Of a stretch of 61,578 nucleotides of DNA, positions 50,321 through 59,459 are shown piece by piece. Location of the stretch: positions 1-61,578 of the IMG/VR virus record IMGVR_UViG_3300032047_000009; one strand, written 5' to 3'. This DNA is from a virus. Lineage: Duplodnaviria; Caudoviricetes. Within the stretch, counting starts at the first letter, position 1. The number at the start of each line of letters is the position of its first letter. The notes under the pieces are model-generated. The model saw nothing but the letters and a program-made list of their open reading frames with translations. It was not told the DNA's origin and made no database searches. The translations under genes were made by a program, and so were the position numbers.

Positions 50321-50475
50321 CAAGAAGAAAATATGCAGAAAGAAAAATTGACAAATACATAAATTGGTCAATTAAAACTAAAGGTTATATTAAGTATTCT
50401 GAAATAAGAAAAATTCACGATAAATTTAACATAAAATGTTATGTATTATCAAATATTAAAAAACATAAATTTTAA
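50275..50475 (+). CDS. Hypothetical protein
   Basis: 66 aa, basic. Confidence 0.45.
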   Translation: MRPSSQNNIRNQKGLARRKYAERKIDKYINWSIKTKGYIKYSEIRKIHDKFNIKCYVLSNIKKHKF

Positions 50476-50478
50476 AAT

Positions 50479-50631
50479 ATGAAAAAAGAAAAAAAAGAAT
50501 TACAATGGGAGATTAGTTTTGGCACTTATAAAGGTGTGTTAATAGGCTATAGAAATTATAACGAAGAAGATTTAATAAATCATGTTTTCTATTTACCTTT
50601 TGTAGATGTTTGTTTAACCATAGTAAGATAA
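50479..50631 (+). CDS. Hypothetical microprotein (50 aa)
   Basis: WEISFGTYKGVLIGYR..HVFYLPFVDVCL. Confidence 0.55.
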   Translation: MKKEKKELQWEISFGTYKGVLIGYRNYNEEDLINHVFYLPFVDVCLTIVR

Positions 50632-50632
50632 T

Positions 50633-51610
50633 ATGAAAGCACCTATATTTACTGAAAGAATACCTTATAAGCCTTTTGAATATCCTGAGTATTATAATGA
50701 TGGTTGGTTAAAGCAAGCTCAAGCGTTTTGGTTACACACTGAAATACCCATGTCAGGTGATTTAAAAGACTGGAACGAAAAGCTAAATGATAAAGAGAAA
50801 AACTTAGTAGGTAATATACTATTAGGTTTTGCACAAACTGAATGTGCTGTTTCAGATTATTGGACACAAAAAGTCGTAGGTTGGTTTCCTAAACACGAAA
50901 TACAACAAATGGCCATGATGTTTGGTTCACAAGAAACAATACACGCTGTGGCTTATAGTTATTTAAATGAAACACTTGGGCTCGAAGATTACGAAGCTTT
51001 TTTACATGAACCTGCCACAGCTGCTAGATTTGATAACCTTGTAGCTTATGAAGGTAATGATCCTGTAGGTATAGGTAAATCACTAGCTACGTTCTCAGCT
51101 TTTGCAGAAGGTGTTAGTTTGTATTCTGCGTTTGCTGTGCTATACAGCTTTCAAATGCGTAACTTACTAAAAGGTATTGGGCAACAAATGAAATGGTCTG
51201 TAAGAGATGAATCATTACATAGTAAAATGGGATGTCAATTATTCAGACACATGTGTTCTCAAATACCGGGACTAAAAGAACAATGTAAAGAACATATATA
51301 TGACGCAGCTTTAACCATGCATAATGCTGAAATGACTTATATATCTAAATTGTTTGAAATGGGTGATATTGAAGGAATAACAAAATATGACCTTCAACAT
51401 TTTATTAAAAAACGTACAGGTGATAAAATTAAAGAATTGGGTTATAAAGCAGAGGGAAAATTTAAGTTTGAATATGACCAAAAGTCAATTGATAAAATGG
51501 CTTGGTTCGACCATCTTACTGGGGGTCACACTCACACTGATTTTTTCGCTATTAGGCCGACTGACTATAGTAAGGCAAATGAAGGAGAAGATTTTGAAGA
51601 TATTTGGTAA
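50633..51610 (+). CDS. nrdB: Ribonucleotide reductase class I beta subunit
   Basis: FWLHTEI, QETIHAVAY, AEGVSLYSAF, VRDESLH, TDFF..PTDYSK. Confidence 0.93.
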   Translation: MKAPIFTERIPYKPFEYPEYYNDGWLKQAQAFWLHTEIPMSGDLKDWNEKLNDKEKNLVGNILLGFAQTECAVSDYWTQKVVGWFPKHEIQQMAMMFGSQETIHAVAYSYLNETLGLEDYEAFLHEPATAARFDNLVAYEGNDPVGIGKSLATFSAFAEGVSLYSAFAVLYSFQMRNLLKGIGQQMKWSVRDESLHSKMGCQLFRHMCSQIPGLKEQCKEHIYDAALTMHNAEMTYISKLFEMGDIEGITKYDLQHFIKKRTGDKIKELGYKAEGKFKFEYDQKSIDKMAWFDHLTGGHTHTDFFAIRPTDYSKANEGEDFEDIW

Positions 51611-51620
51611 AAAATAATAT

Positions 51621-53342
51621 ATGTGGAATAATAATTGGAAAAAAGGTGTTGATTACCCAAGCTGGGGAGACACTGATGTATACAAGAAAACAATATCAGG
51701 AGGATATTTATTAAAAAACGAAACTCCTAGAGAAGCTTACACTAGGGTTTGTGAAACTGTAAGTAAACGTTTAGATCGTCCAGAAATGGCTAAAGATTTT
51801 TTTAGTTATATATGGAAGGGTTGGTTGTGTTTAGCCTCACCCGTGTTATCTAACACTGGAACAGACAGAGGTTTGCCTATATCTTGTTTTGGTATTGATG
51901 TAGGAGATAGTATATATGAAATAGGTATGAAAAACCTAGAGATGATGTTACTCGCAAAACACGGCGGCGGAGTTGGCATCGGACTAAATATGATTAGACC
52001 CGCCGGAACAAAAATAACTCAAAATGGAACATCTGACGGAACTGTACCTTTTTGTAAGATATACGATTCAACAATACTCGCAACAAATCAAGGATCTGTC
52101 CGTAGAGGAGCTGCAAGCGTTAACATTAATATTGACCACCCCGATTTCGAAGAGTGGTTGGATATACGAGAGCCAAAAGGCGATGTTAATAGACAGTCAC
52201 TCAACTTACACCAGTGCGCTGTGGTCGGCGATAAGTTTATGCGAAGACTTGATGCTGGAGATAAAGAATCGAGAAGATTATGGGGAAAACTGTTACAAAA
52301 GCGAAAAGCAACTGGAGAACCTTATATCTTATTTAAAGGAAATACGAACAAAGCTAACCCAGAACATTACATCAAACACGGTTTAAAAGTTCACATGACA
52401 AACATATGTAGTGAAATAACATTACATACTGATGAATCACACTCGTTTGTGTGTTGTTTGTCTAGTTTAAACATAGCTAAATATGATGAGTGGAAAAACA
52501 CTAATCTTATTTATGACAGCATCTGGTTTTTAGATGGTGTGTTAGAAGAATTTATACAAAAATCAAAAGGTAAAGTTGGATTTCATAATTCAGTAAGATC
52601 AGCAGAAAAAGGAAGAGCAATTGGCTTAGGTGTTTTAGGTTGGCATACTTACTTACAAGAAAAAGGTTTACCGTTTGAAGGATTATTATCACAATATGAA
52701 ACGAGAAAAATATTTAGTCAAATTAAAATTGAAAGCGAAAGAGCCTCTATGGCGTTGGCTGAGAATTTCGGGGAACCCCTTTGGTGTCGTGGTTCTGGCA
52801 TGCGCAATACTCATTTACGCGCTATTGCTCCTACTGTCAGCAATAGTAAACTTAGTGGAAATGTTTCCCCTGGTATCGAGCCTTGGGCTGCAAATGTATT
52901 TACTGAACAAAGCGCGAAAGGTACTTTTATACGCAAGAATCCTACGCTTAAGAAAGCTTTAAAGAAATACAAGTTAGATACAGATAGGGTTTGGAATAAA
53001 ATTTTGAGAGATGGAGGATCTGTTCAAGGGGTAAAAGAATTAGAAAAAATTACCATTGGAAAATTTGATACACCATTAAAAGAGGTTTTTAAAACATTCA
53101 AAGAAATAAACCAATTAGAGTTAGTAAATCAAGCAGGAATAAGACAACAGTATATAGATCAATCTGTAAGTTTAAATTTGGCTTTTCCTAGTATAGCTAC
53201 ACCAAAATGGATAAATAAAGTTCACATGGAAGCTTGGAAGAAAGGAATAAAAACTCTTTATTATGTTAGAACAGAATCTGTGTTAAGAGGAGACATAGCG
53301 GAACAAGCAATGGATGAAAATTGTTTAGCTTGTGACGGATAA
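51621..53342 (+). CDS. nrdA: Ribonucleotide reductase class I alpha subunit (short, no ATP cone)
   Basis: ISCF, GGGVG, TNICSEI, IAPT, IDQSVS, IKTLYY, terminal CLAC. Confidence 0.93.
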   Translation: MWNNNWKKGVDYPSWGDTDVYKKTISGGYLLKNETPREAYTRVCETVSKRLDRPEMAKDFFSYIWKGWLCLASPVLSNTGTDRGLPISCFGIDVGDSIYEIGMKNLEMMLLAKHGGGVGIGLNMIRPAGTKITQNGTSDGTVPFCKIYDSTILATNQGSVRRGAASVNINIDHPDFEEWLDIREPKGDVNRQSLNLHQCAVVGDKFMRRLDAGDKESRRLWGKLLQKRKATGEPYILFKGNTNKANPEHYIKHGLKVHMTNICSEITLHTDESHSFVCCLSSLNIAKYDEWKNTNLIYDSIWFLDGVLEEFIQKSKGKVGFHNSVRSAEKGRAIGLGVLGWHTYLQEKGLPFEGLLSQYETRKIFSQIKIESERASMALAENFGEPLWCRGSGMRNTHLRAIAPTVSNSKLSGNVSPGIEPWAANVFTEQSAKGTFIRKNPTLKKALKKYKLDTDRVWNKILRDGGSVQGVKELEKITIGKFDTPLKEVFKTFKEINQLELVNQAGIRQQYIDQSVSLNLAFPSIATPKWINKVHMEAWKKGIKTLYYVRTESVLRGDIAEQAMDENCLACDG

Positions 53343-53396
53343 AATTTGGAAGAAGCGCGCGTGAGGAAATGAGTGGTAGGTGGGATCCAAATAGTT

Positions 53397-53425
53397 AAAA
53401 GGGGGATTAATTAACCCCCTTTTTT
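53397..53425. terminator. Bidirectional terminator at the convergence point
   Basis: aaaa-ggggg-attaattaa-ccccc-tttttt. Confidence 0.8.
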
Positions 53426-54061
53426 CATTATTACCTTTGTTGAATTAACAATATCTCTACCGGACCTATTGTTATTATAATTATTAATATCTTGCCTAGG
53501 TGTTATTTTAGATTCAAATCTATTTGGATTTTCTCTTGGCTCAACTTTTATGTTATTATTCCAACTTCTGGAAACATTATTAGGATTTTTATAAATTCTT
53601 TCTTCTCTATAATCTACTTTCTTTCTTAATTTATTTGCTATAATATCTACATTTGCTGTTCTTCTTCTTTCTTTCATTATAGCTATACTACGAGGCTCTT
53701 CATACATATAATATCTTGGTATTCTATAATTAAAATAAGGGTATCCAAAAGCCCAATCGTACCAAAAATTATGTCTATTCCAATACATATCAAAAGAATT
53801 AAACGGATTCCAAAATCTAGCAAACGACGCAGACGAGTAAAATGAGAACGGCTGATTAGATGCAAACTTAGCGTAGTTCCATCTAAACGTAAAGCTATCT
53901 CTCATCTTCCAACTTAATCTTGTATAAGATAACGTATCTATCTTTACAGTGCTAGGCACTTTTAATACTACAAACTTAGTAGGCTTATGGTTGATAGTAG
54001 ATAATTGAACAGCTCCACACCCTGTTAATATTAATAATAAAATTAAAATATATTTTTTCAT
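53411..54061 (-). CDS. Lipoprotein with a W/Y-rich core and N/R-rich tail
   Basis: Lipobox MKKYILILLLILTG|C. Confidence 0.65.
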   Translation of the reverse strand: MKKYILILLLILTGCGAVQLSTINHKPTKFVVLKVPSTVKIDTLSYTRLSWKMRDSFTFRWNYAKFASNQPFSFYSSASFARFWNPFNSFDMYWNRHNFWYDWAFGYPYFNYRIPRYYMYEEPRSIAIMKERRRTANVDIIANKLRKKVDYREERIYKNPNNVSRSWNNNIKVEPRENPNRFESKITPRQDINNYNNNRSGRDIVNSTKVIMKKGG

Positions 54062-54513
54062 ATAACCATATATTTAGTTTTACCATCTTCTTTATAAGCT
54101 TTTAAACATCTTTTTCTATTTGAATCGGCATCTACATAGCTCACGTGTACCCAGTCTGGGTTTTGATCGGTACCAAACTCCCAAATCATTTGATCGTAAT
54201 CTAAGTTTGCTTTTATATATTGGTACATATCAGCATTAGACATATAACCATATGTATCATCTAAATCCATTGCTCTTCCTTGGCAATGTTGTGATTTTGA
54301 ACTTCCGCCAATTGCTTTATTTAATTCTTGTGAACGAAAGAATGAATTAATTTTAATTGGTCCATTAACATGTTTTCTTAATGGCTCAAATATCTTCTCA
54401 GCAATTAATTCCATGTTCTGTAATTCATACTCACCAGGTGTATTATCTATACCTTTTCTAGTTGCTGTTGCACTAAACGTTGCTTCTTTTTTACTAATGT
54501 GTTTGCTAATCAT
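54058..54513 (-). CDS. Peptidase M15 endolysin
   Basis: INSFFRS..LNKAIGG..SQHCQGRAMD..WVHVSY. Confidence 0.85.
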   Translation of the reverse strand: MISKHISKKEATFSATATRKGIDNTPGEYELQNMELIAEKIFEPLRKHVNGPIKINSFFRSQELNKAIGGSSKSQHCQGRAMDLDDTYGYMSNADMYQYIKANLDYDQMIWEFGTDQNPDWVHVSYVDADSNRKRCLKAYKEDGKTKYMVI

Positions 54514-54516
54514 TTT

Positions 54517-55929
54517 TTATAATTTAAATTTACCGCCTATTGTTATTGAATATGTTAATGGAAATGAGTCTGTGCTTTTAGCTACATTAAAACCTAAATT
54601 CATTCTAAAGGTTTTAGTTATAGAAAAATCAAAGTTAGCACCACCCACAAATAAAGCGTGCTCATTAAAAACAAATCCATTATCTAAAGTACTGTAACTC
54701 ACTGGTGTTAGTGCGGTAGCTAACATGGGTGATACAGTAAATCTTTTAAAATTGTAAGGCTTAGTGCCAAACACTACAAAGGCTGGCATTATGTTCCACT
54801 CGCCTTGACTGTATAAAATATTATTAGAAGCAGATATACCTCCAACAAATCCTTTCCACTTATTTTCTTTTTGGCCAATATATACATTACTAATACCGAG
54901 GGACATATTGTAAACACCATACATATACATTAATCCAGCTGATAATGTTTGTACGTTTGCAATACTACCTTTATCATAATAATGACCAAACACATATTCC
55001 TTACCATCTTCTATAATTATCACGGGTACTTTTTTATCGTATCTATGGAATGTATGACCTCTTGATCCACTTAAACTAAATTGTTTTAAGTTATCCCATA
55101 TCATCATGTTTGCAGAGTAATTGAACTCACCATTCATAGATGATTGTGCAAAGCCAATACCTATAACTTGATTTGCTGCGCCATCTAATCCTGACATACG
55201 CATTAAATTAGCAGATATAATTATAGGGTTTGTGTTTTTCTTTTTCTTTTTTTTATCTTCTTCTTCCTCTTCTTCTTCAGTTTCCTCTTCCTCTTTTTCT
55301 TCTTCTTCTTCTTCTTCTTTCTCTTCTTCCTTTTCCTCTTCTTTTTCTTCCTCTTGTTCTTCTTCTTTTTGTTCTTCTTCATTATCGCTATCGTCAGAAT
55401 CATCAGAGTCGCCGCTATCATCACTATCATCAGAATCGCCACCATCATCTCCTCCATCATCACTATCGCCTCCCCCATCATCAGAGTCACCACCACCGTC
55501 GCTGTCTCCTCCACCATCTGAATCGCCGCCGGAATCACCACCACTGTCTCCAGTGTCACCACCACTATCTCCTCCAGAATCAGAACCACCCCCTGAATTA
55601 TCAGTCGATCCACTTCCGCTAGAATCAGAACTATTATTTGTGTTTGATGTAGATGTTTGCGTAGTTGTTTGCGTGGTCTGTGCTGTTGAGCATGCTGACA
55701 ATGCATACCACCAAGCGTAAGTTTGCTCCATCCAAGTTCTTAATGCGCCACTGTAAAAATCATTAGCAGTAAAAGTTTTTGTTCTATTATAAAAGGATAC
55801 TGTTGTGTATCCTTCCATTTGAATTGAAACTCTTTTAATCTCTCCGGTACATCTATCCGCAAAGGCTTGTACTAATGTTTGAGAATATATACTTGAGGAA
55901 AATAATAATAATATTATTATTTTTTTCAT
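54517..55929 (-). CDS. Exported protein with a G/D/S-E low-complexity linker and a predicted outer-membrane beta-barrel
   Basis: Signal peptide; alternating amphipathic strands; C-terminal YSITIGGKFKL. Confidence 0.6.
   Translation of the reverse strand: MKKIIILLLFSSSIYSQTLVQAFADRCTGEIKRVSIQMEGYTTVSFYNRTKTFTANDFYSGALRTWMEQTYAWWYALSACSTAQTTQTTTQTSTSNTNNSSDSSGSGSTDNSGGGSDSGGDSGGDTGDSGGDSGGDSDGGGDSDGGGDSDDGGGDSDDGGDDGGDSDDSDDSGDSDDSDDSDNEEEQKEEEQEEEKEEEKEEEKEEEEEEEKEEEETEEEEEEEDKKKKKKNTNPIIISANLMRMSGLDGAANQVIGIGFAQSSMNGEFNYSANMMIWDNLKQFSLSGSRGHTFHRYDKKVPVIIIEDGKEYVFGHYYDKGSIANVQTLSAGLMYMYGVYNMSLGISNVYIGQKENKWKGFVGGISASNNILYSQGEWNIMPAFVVFGTKPYNFKRFTVSPMLATALTPVSYSTLDNGFVFNEHALFVGGANFDFSITKTFRMNLGFNVAKSTDSFPLTYSITIGGKFKL
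55230..55640. repeat. Low-complexity coding repeat (GGDS, DDS, poly-E, poly-K)
   Basis: (tct)n and (cca/tca)n runs inside the 54517..55929 gene. Confidence 0.9.
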
Positions 55930-56648
55930 TAATGATCAAATATCTTTTTTCTTATCATTCGTTTAACGACTTTAGCAACCGCAGTTTCTAAAGCTTTTTT
56001 AGTCGATGTACCAATTGATGATTGGTTGAACTTAACATCTTCTAAATTCTCATTATTTAATAAAGTTAACTCTCTTGTTGTTGTAGCTTTACCTAAGCCA
56101 GACCCGGTCATGTATAATCCAGTTTCAGAATCAACAAGCTTAACCTGCAGACCTAATCTTGTAACTAATTTATTTTTAATACCGTCTTTTAAATTAACAG
56201 TTTCATCTTCTGATATACTGAAATCGTATACCTCTATATAACAAAAGTATTTAGCTAAAACTATTTTACCTATAGGATTTATTACATTAGCTGTAAAACC
56301 TTTCTCACTTGCTTTGAATTGTTTAATCATTCTGTCTTTTATTTCATCTCTTGTTTCTACAAACTCAAAACGAAACGTTTCATCTAAGAACGCTACAGTT
56401 ATATTAGTTAAACCTAATCCAACCCTATAATCACCTAATTCAGGATACTGATTTAATATTTCTTCAGTAACACCAATGTTAAGCAAGGCTACAGATACGG
56501 GGTCACCATTATATTCTGGTACACTCCATATAGATTCTCTTGACTCAAAGCTACCAACGTAATCTTCGGTTGTTGTTTTTCCAATTACTTGACTATGAAC
56601 AGAAGCCACAGCCGATACAAATATCGCACATAGTATAAATTTTTTCAT
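55929..56648 (-). CDS. CsgG-like (curli transport channel family) protein
   Basis: Signal peptide; VGLGLTNITVAFLDETFRFEFVE..AKYFCYIEVYDF..LGLQVKLVDSETGLYMTGSG..KKALETAV, matching the CsgG layout. Confidence 0.7.
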   Translation of the reverse strand: MKKFILCAIFVSAVASVHSQVIGKTTTEDYVGSFESRESIWSVPEYNGDPVSVALLNIGVTEEILNQYPELGDYRVGLGLTNITVAFLDETFRFEFVETRDEIKDRMIKQFKASEKGFTANVINPIGKIVLAKYFCYIEVYDFSISEDETVNLKDGIKNKLVTRLGLQVKLVDSETGLYMTGSGLGKATTTRELTLLNNENLEDVKFNQSSIGTSTKKALETAVAKVVKRMIRKKIFDH

Positions 56649-56649
56649 G

Positions 56650-56880
56650 TTACCAATCTATTTCTCTTTCTTCTTTCTTTGGTTTTTGTATAACTGTTTT
56701 AGTTATAACCAAAGTATCTTTTACAACACTCGGGGGTATTGTTATTGTTTGTTCCATTGTTGGTGGAGGTGAATCATCTTCAGGGCTAAATATGGCTTCC
56801 ATGTTAGCTATGAGTATTCCACCAGCTGCAGTTATAATTAAACCTACTGTAGCTATTATTTGATTTTTTAATTCCTTCAT
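56650..56880 (-). CDS. Single-TM protein with a Pro-rich linker
   Basis: IIATVGLIITAAGGILIA then DDSPPPT..PPSVVKDTLVI. Confidence 0.6.
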   Translation of the reverse strand: MKELKNQIIATVGLIITAAGGILIANMEAIFSPEDDSPPPTMEQTITIPPSVVKDTLVITKTVIQKPKKEEREIDW

Positions 56881-56881
56881 A

Positions 56882-57241
56882 TTACTTCATTGAAAAGGTT
56901 TGTCGACCTATGAATTGATTGTTTTTAGTATACAGCTCCACGGTGTATGAGCTAACTGGCAATGAATTAACGTATATATTTAATATGTTATCTCCTTCTT
57001 TGCCTTTTATTATTTCTTGATTAATTATAGTATTTGTGAAATCTAATATTTTAATTCTATAATCACCATCAGAAGGTAACTTAGTATTTATTCTTACTTT
57101 ATCTTGTACTATATAGCTTTCAAGTTTTAAACCTACAGCTTGAGGCATAAATAAAGATTGTGGCACTTCTTGTATTGGTCTTTCATTGTATACCTCCGTG
57201 GTACAACTTATAAATAAAAATAGTATAAAAAGTTTTTTCAT
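56882..57241 (-). CDS. Lipoprotein made of a T9SS type-A CTD-like Ig domain
   Basis: Lipobox ILFLFIS|C; KVRIN..YRIKILDFTNTII..GDNILNIYVNSLPVSSYTVEL. Confidence 0.6.
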   Translation of the reverse strand: MKKLFILFLFISCTTEVYNERPIQEVPQSLFMPQAVGLKLESYIVQDKVRINTKLPSDGDYRIKILDFTNTIINQEIIKGKEGDNILNIYVNSLPVSSYTVELYTKNNQFIGRQTFSMK

Positions 57242-58866
57242 TATTGTATTTTTAAAATTACTTTAGTTCCATCGCTTGTAACAGCATCTGTTGTTTTAAA
57301 ATAAATTAAACCCGATGCATTTGTTACGGTTTGTTTTGTATTAAATATAATTTTATAAGGTTTACCAACCTTGATGCTTTCTTGGTTCTCTACACTAATG
57401 CTACCAAAATATAATTTATTATCGCGCTCTGTTGCAAAATTAGTTAATAGATTGCCTGTATCGAATTGAACCTCTTCAAATTCTAATATAGTATCGTCAA
57501 ACTGAATTACAAATTGCATGCCCGCTAAATAATCTTTTTCGAGCTCAACTAATAATTCCACTTTATCGTTAACTAAACTTGTTGAAATATCTAAATCTAA
57601 ATTTTCAATTTTACCCTGCACACTAGGCATCCTTGGAATTCCTTCGTCATCGTCTTCAACAATAGGCTCAAAAGAATGTGAAAAATCTACATCTCCAATA
57701 AGTCCGTGACCAAAATCAAAAACCTTATTAGAATCAGTAGGTGTAAAATGTTTTTTTTGTCCGAAATAATAATCGTCCGTAGCATACCCATATTGAGTTT
57801 TTTCACCCCAAATATCTTTAGCACCGTTAGTAGAGCTGGTAAAATATTCACTAATGTTTTCGTCCATTATGTGGCTTAGCATAACGTAGGAATCATCAAA
57901 GTCTACGTTGCCACTATTATTAACCTCTCCTAATAAAGATTGTAGAGCGTGCGTAAACGTACTTGCTGAACTACTTGGGCTAGAACCAGCGCCAATAGCC
58001 TCTTTAAATACTAAAAATACATCAGTAACAGTGACCACATCATCTAACCAATCCGACGCTAATTCATTATCAACAGTAATGTTAATATTGTATTTAACAT
58101 CGTTTTCTAAACCGGTTACAATAGCTTGGGAATTAGCATCAAAGTTACCACTAGCTATACTATTATTATTACTTAATATATCGTATTTGTAATGTGTTGG
58201 TTTGTCGTTCTCTGTTTTAAGATTTATAGTAACACTACCCGCATCACCACCTTCAACGTTCGATAATGTTATTTTTTGCTGCATTGCATCAACATCGTAT
58301 TTTGTTGATGTTGAATTATCCTCAGCTCTCATCCAGTTAAGATGTGTTACATTATTATAATTACTGTAGTTAGTATTAATCTTATCTTTAATTTTAAAAT
58401 CAACTTCAATTAAAGTATTATTATATGTTATACCTACACCATCTTGAATCGTTATTCTTTCAACTGACCAATCGTTATCCGTGGGATATGAATTAGTATC
58501 TCCTTGAACTTGTGTTCTATTAAACCAACCGTGTAAATATTGTGCTGAAAGATTATCTTCATCATAAGTGCTTAAAACCTTATATTTATAACCGTCCCAG
58601 TGTGTTAACGATGTTTGTGCGTTTGTGTTAGCTGAGTTATCGGTTACTTTAAATCTATGAGCAATCTTTTGTAGCAATTTGTTATTGTACTCATAATCAA
58701 ATATATACAAGTTGGGATCTACATTTTCTGTAACCTGTATTGTATTAAACTTTATTGTTATAGTATCACCAACCGCAAAATCCTCGGCGTTTGTGTAACT
58801 GTGATCAAGTTTTAAGTCTTGCGATAAACAGAATAATGGTAATAATAAAAACAATAGTTTTCTCAT
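57241..58866 (-). CDS. Exported protein with cohesin-like and dockerin-like domains
   Basis: Signal peptide; VGDTITIKF..FDYEYNNKLL; DVVTVTDVFLVF and GEVNNSGNVDFDDSYVML; C-terminal LAGMQFVIQFDDTILEFEEV. Confidence 0.6.
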   Translation of the reverse strand: MRKLLFLLLPLFCLSQDLKLDHSYTNAEDFAVGDTITIKFNTIQVTENVDPNLYIFDYEYNNKLLQKIAHRFKVTDNSANTNAQTSLTHWDGYKYKVLSTYDEDNLSAQYLHGWFNRTQVQGDTNSYPTDNDWSVERITIQDGVGITYNNTLIEVDFKIKDKINTNYSNYNNVTHLNWMRAEDNSTSTKYDVDAMQQKITLSNVEGGDAGSVTINLKTENDKPTHYKYDILSNNNSIASGNFDANSQAIVTGLENDVKYNINITVDNELASDWLDDVVTVTDVFLVFKEAIGAGSSPSSSASTFTHALQSLLGEVNNSGNVDFDDSYVMLSHIMDENISEYFTSSTNGAKDIWGEKTQYGYATDDYYFGQKKHFTPTDSNKVFDFGHGLIGDVDFSHSFEPIVEDDDEGIPRMPSVQGKIENLDLDISTSLVNDKVELLVELEKDYLAGMQFVIQFDDTILEFEEVQFDTGNLLTNFATERDNKLYFGSISVENQESIKVGKPYKIIFNTKQTVTNASGLIYFKTTDAVTSDGTKVILKIQ

Positions 58867-59327
58867 AGTTTTAATTTCTTAATAATGTTTTCGGATAATT
58901 TTTTTAACGCAACGCTTACACTATTTTGTGTAAACTTACCTTGTTCATTTAATAAAATTAAAGATGTAGTTATATCTTTTGATGTGCCTTTTACTTTTAC
59001 TTTTTTCTTTTTATATTTAGCAATAGCAATTATTTCGGTTTGACTCGATGATTTGCTATACAACGCAATATTTGACTGAGTACGTTTTACATCAAAATAA
59101 ATTAGTTCAACATCTAAAACATTTTTACTTCTATCATTTAAGTTATAATCTTGATCCTGAACCACTTCCTCTAATATGTTTTTCAAACCAAACCCAACGT
59201 TCTTATTGCCGACTAAAGGACCAGTTTGAATTGAATTTTTTATATCGTTTATTTTAATATCTTGTGCAGATATTATTGTACAAAACAATAAACTACTTAT
59301 TAGATTGATTTTTTTTATGTATGTCAT
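58863..59327 (-). CDS. Exported alpha/beta protein, distant CsgG/LptE-like
   Basis: Signal peptide; VGFGLKNILEEVVQD..LDVELIYF..VSVALKKL parallels VGLGLTNI..KKAL of the CsgG-like gene. Confidence 0.5.
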   Translation of the reverse strand: MTYIKKINLISSLLFCTIISAQDIKINDIKNSIQTGPLVGNKNVGFGLKNILEEVVQDQDYNLNDRSKNVLDVELIYFDVKRTQSNIALYSKSSSQTEIIAIAKYKKKKVKVKGTSKDITTSLILLNEQGKFTQNSVSVALKKLSENIIKKLKL

Positions 59328-59457
59328 ACCATCGGGCTATTGTAAAACCTATAGAAACTAACAATAATATTATTTTTAATATTGTTTCCATCTCTGTCAT
59401 AGATAGTGTAAGTGTTGCACCATTAAAGGCCATTAGTTTAATATCTTGCCATTCCAT
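59293..59457 (-). CDS. Small holin-like membrane protein (54 aa)
   Basis: MEWQDIKLMAFNGATLTLSMTEMETILKIILLLVSIGFTIARWYDIHKK. Confidence 0.55.
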   Translation of the reverse strand: MEWQDIKLMAFNGATLTLSMTEMETILKIILLLVSIGFTIARWYDIHKKNQSNK

Positions 59458-59459
59458 AG

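Noticed and set aside
50633-53342. Introns or inteins in RNR, terminase or helicase
   Set aside because: ORFs are continuous and of normal or short length, with no splice motifs seen
55221-55720. Poly-S, poly-K and poly-L/H ORFs
   Set aside because: Alternative-frame products of the low-complexity linker of 54517-55929
54517-59327. Host chromosomal DNA or chimeric join
   Set aside because: Genes are translationally coupled to the flanking phage holin-like and endolysin genes on the same strand; no att site or integrase seen
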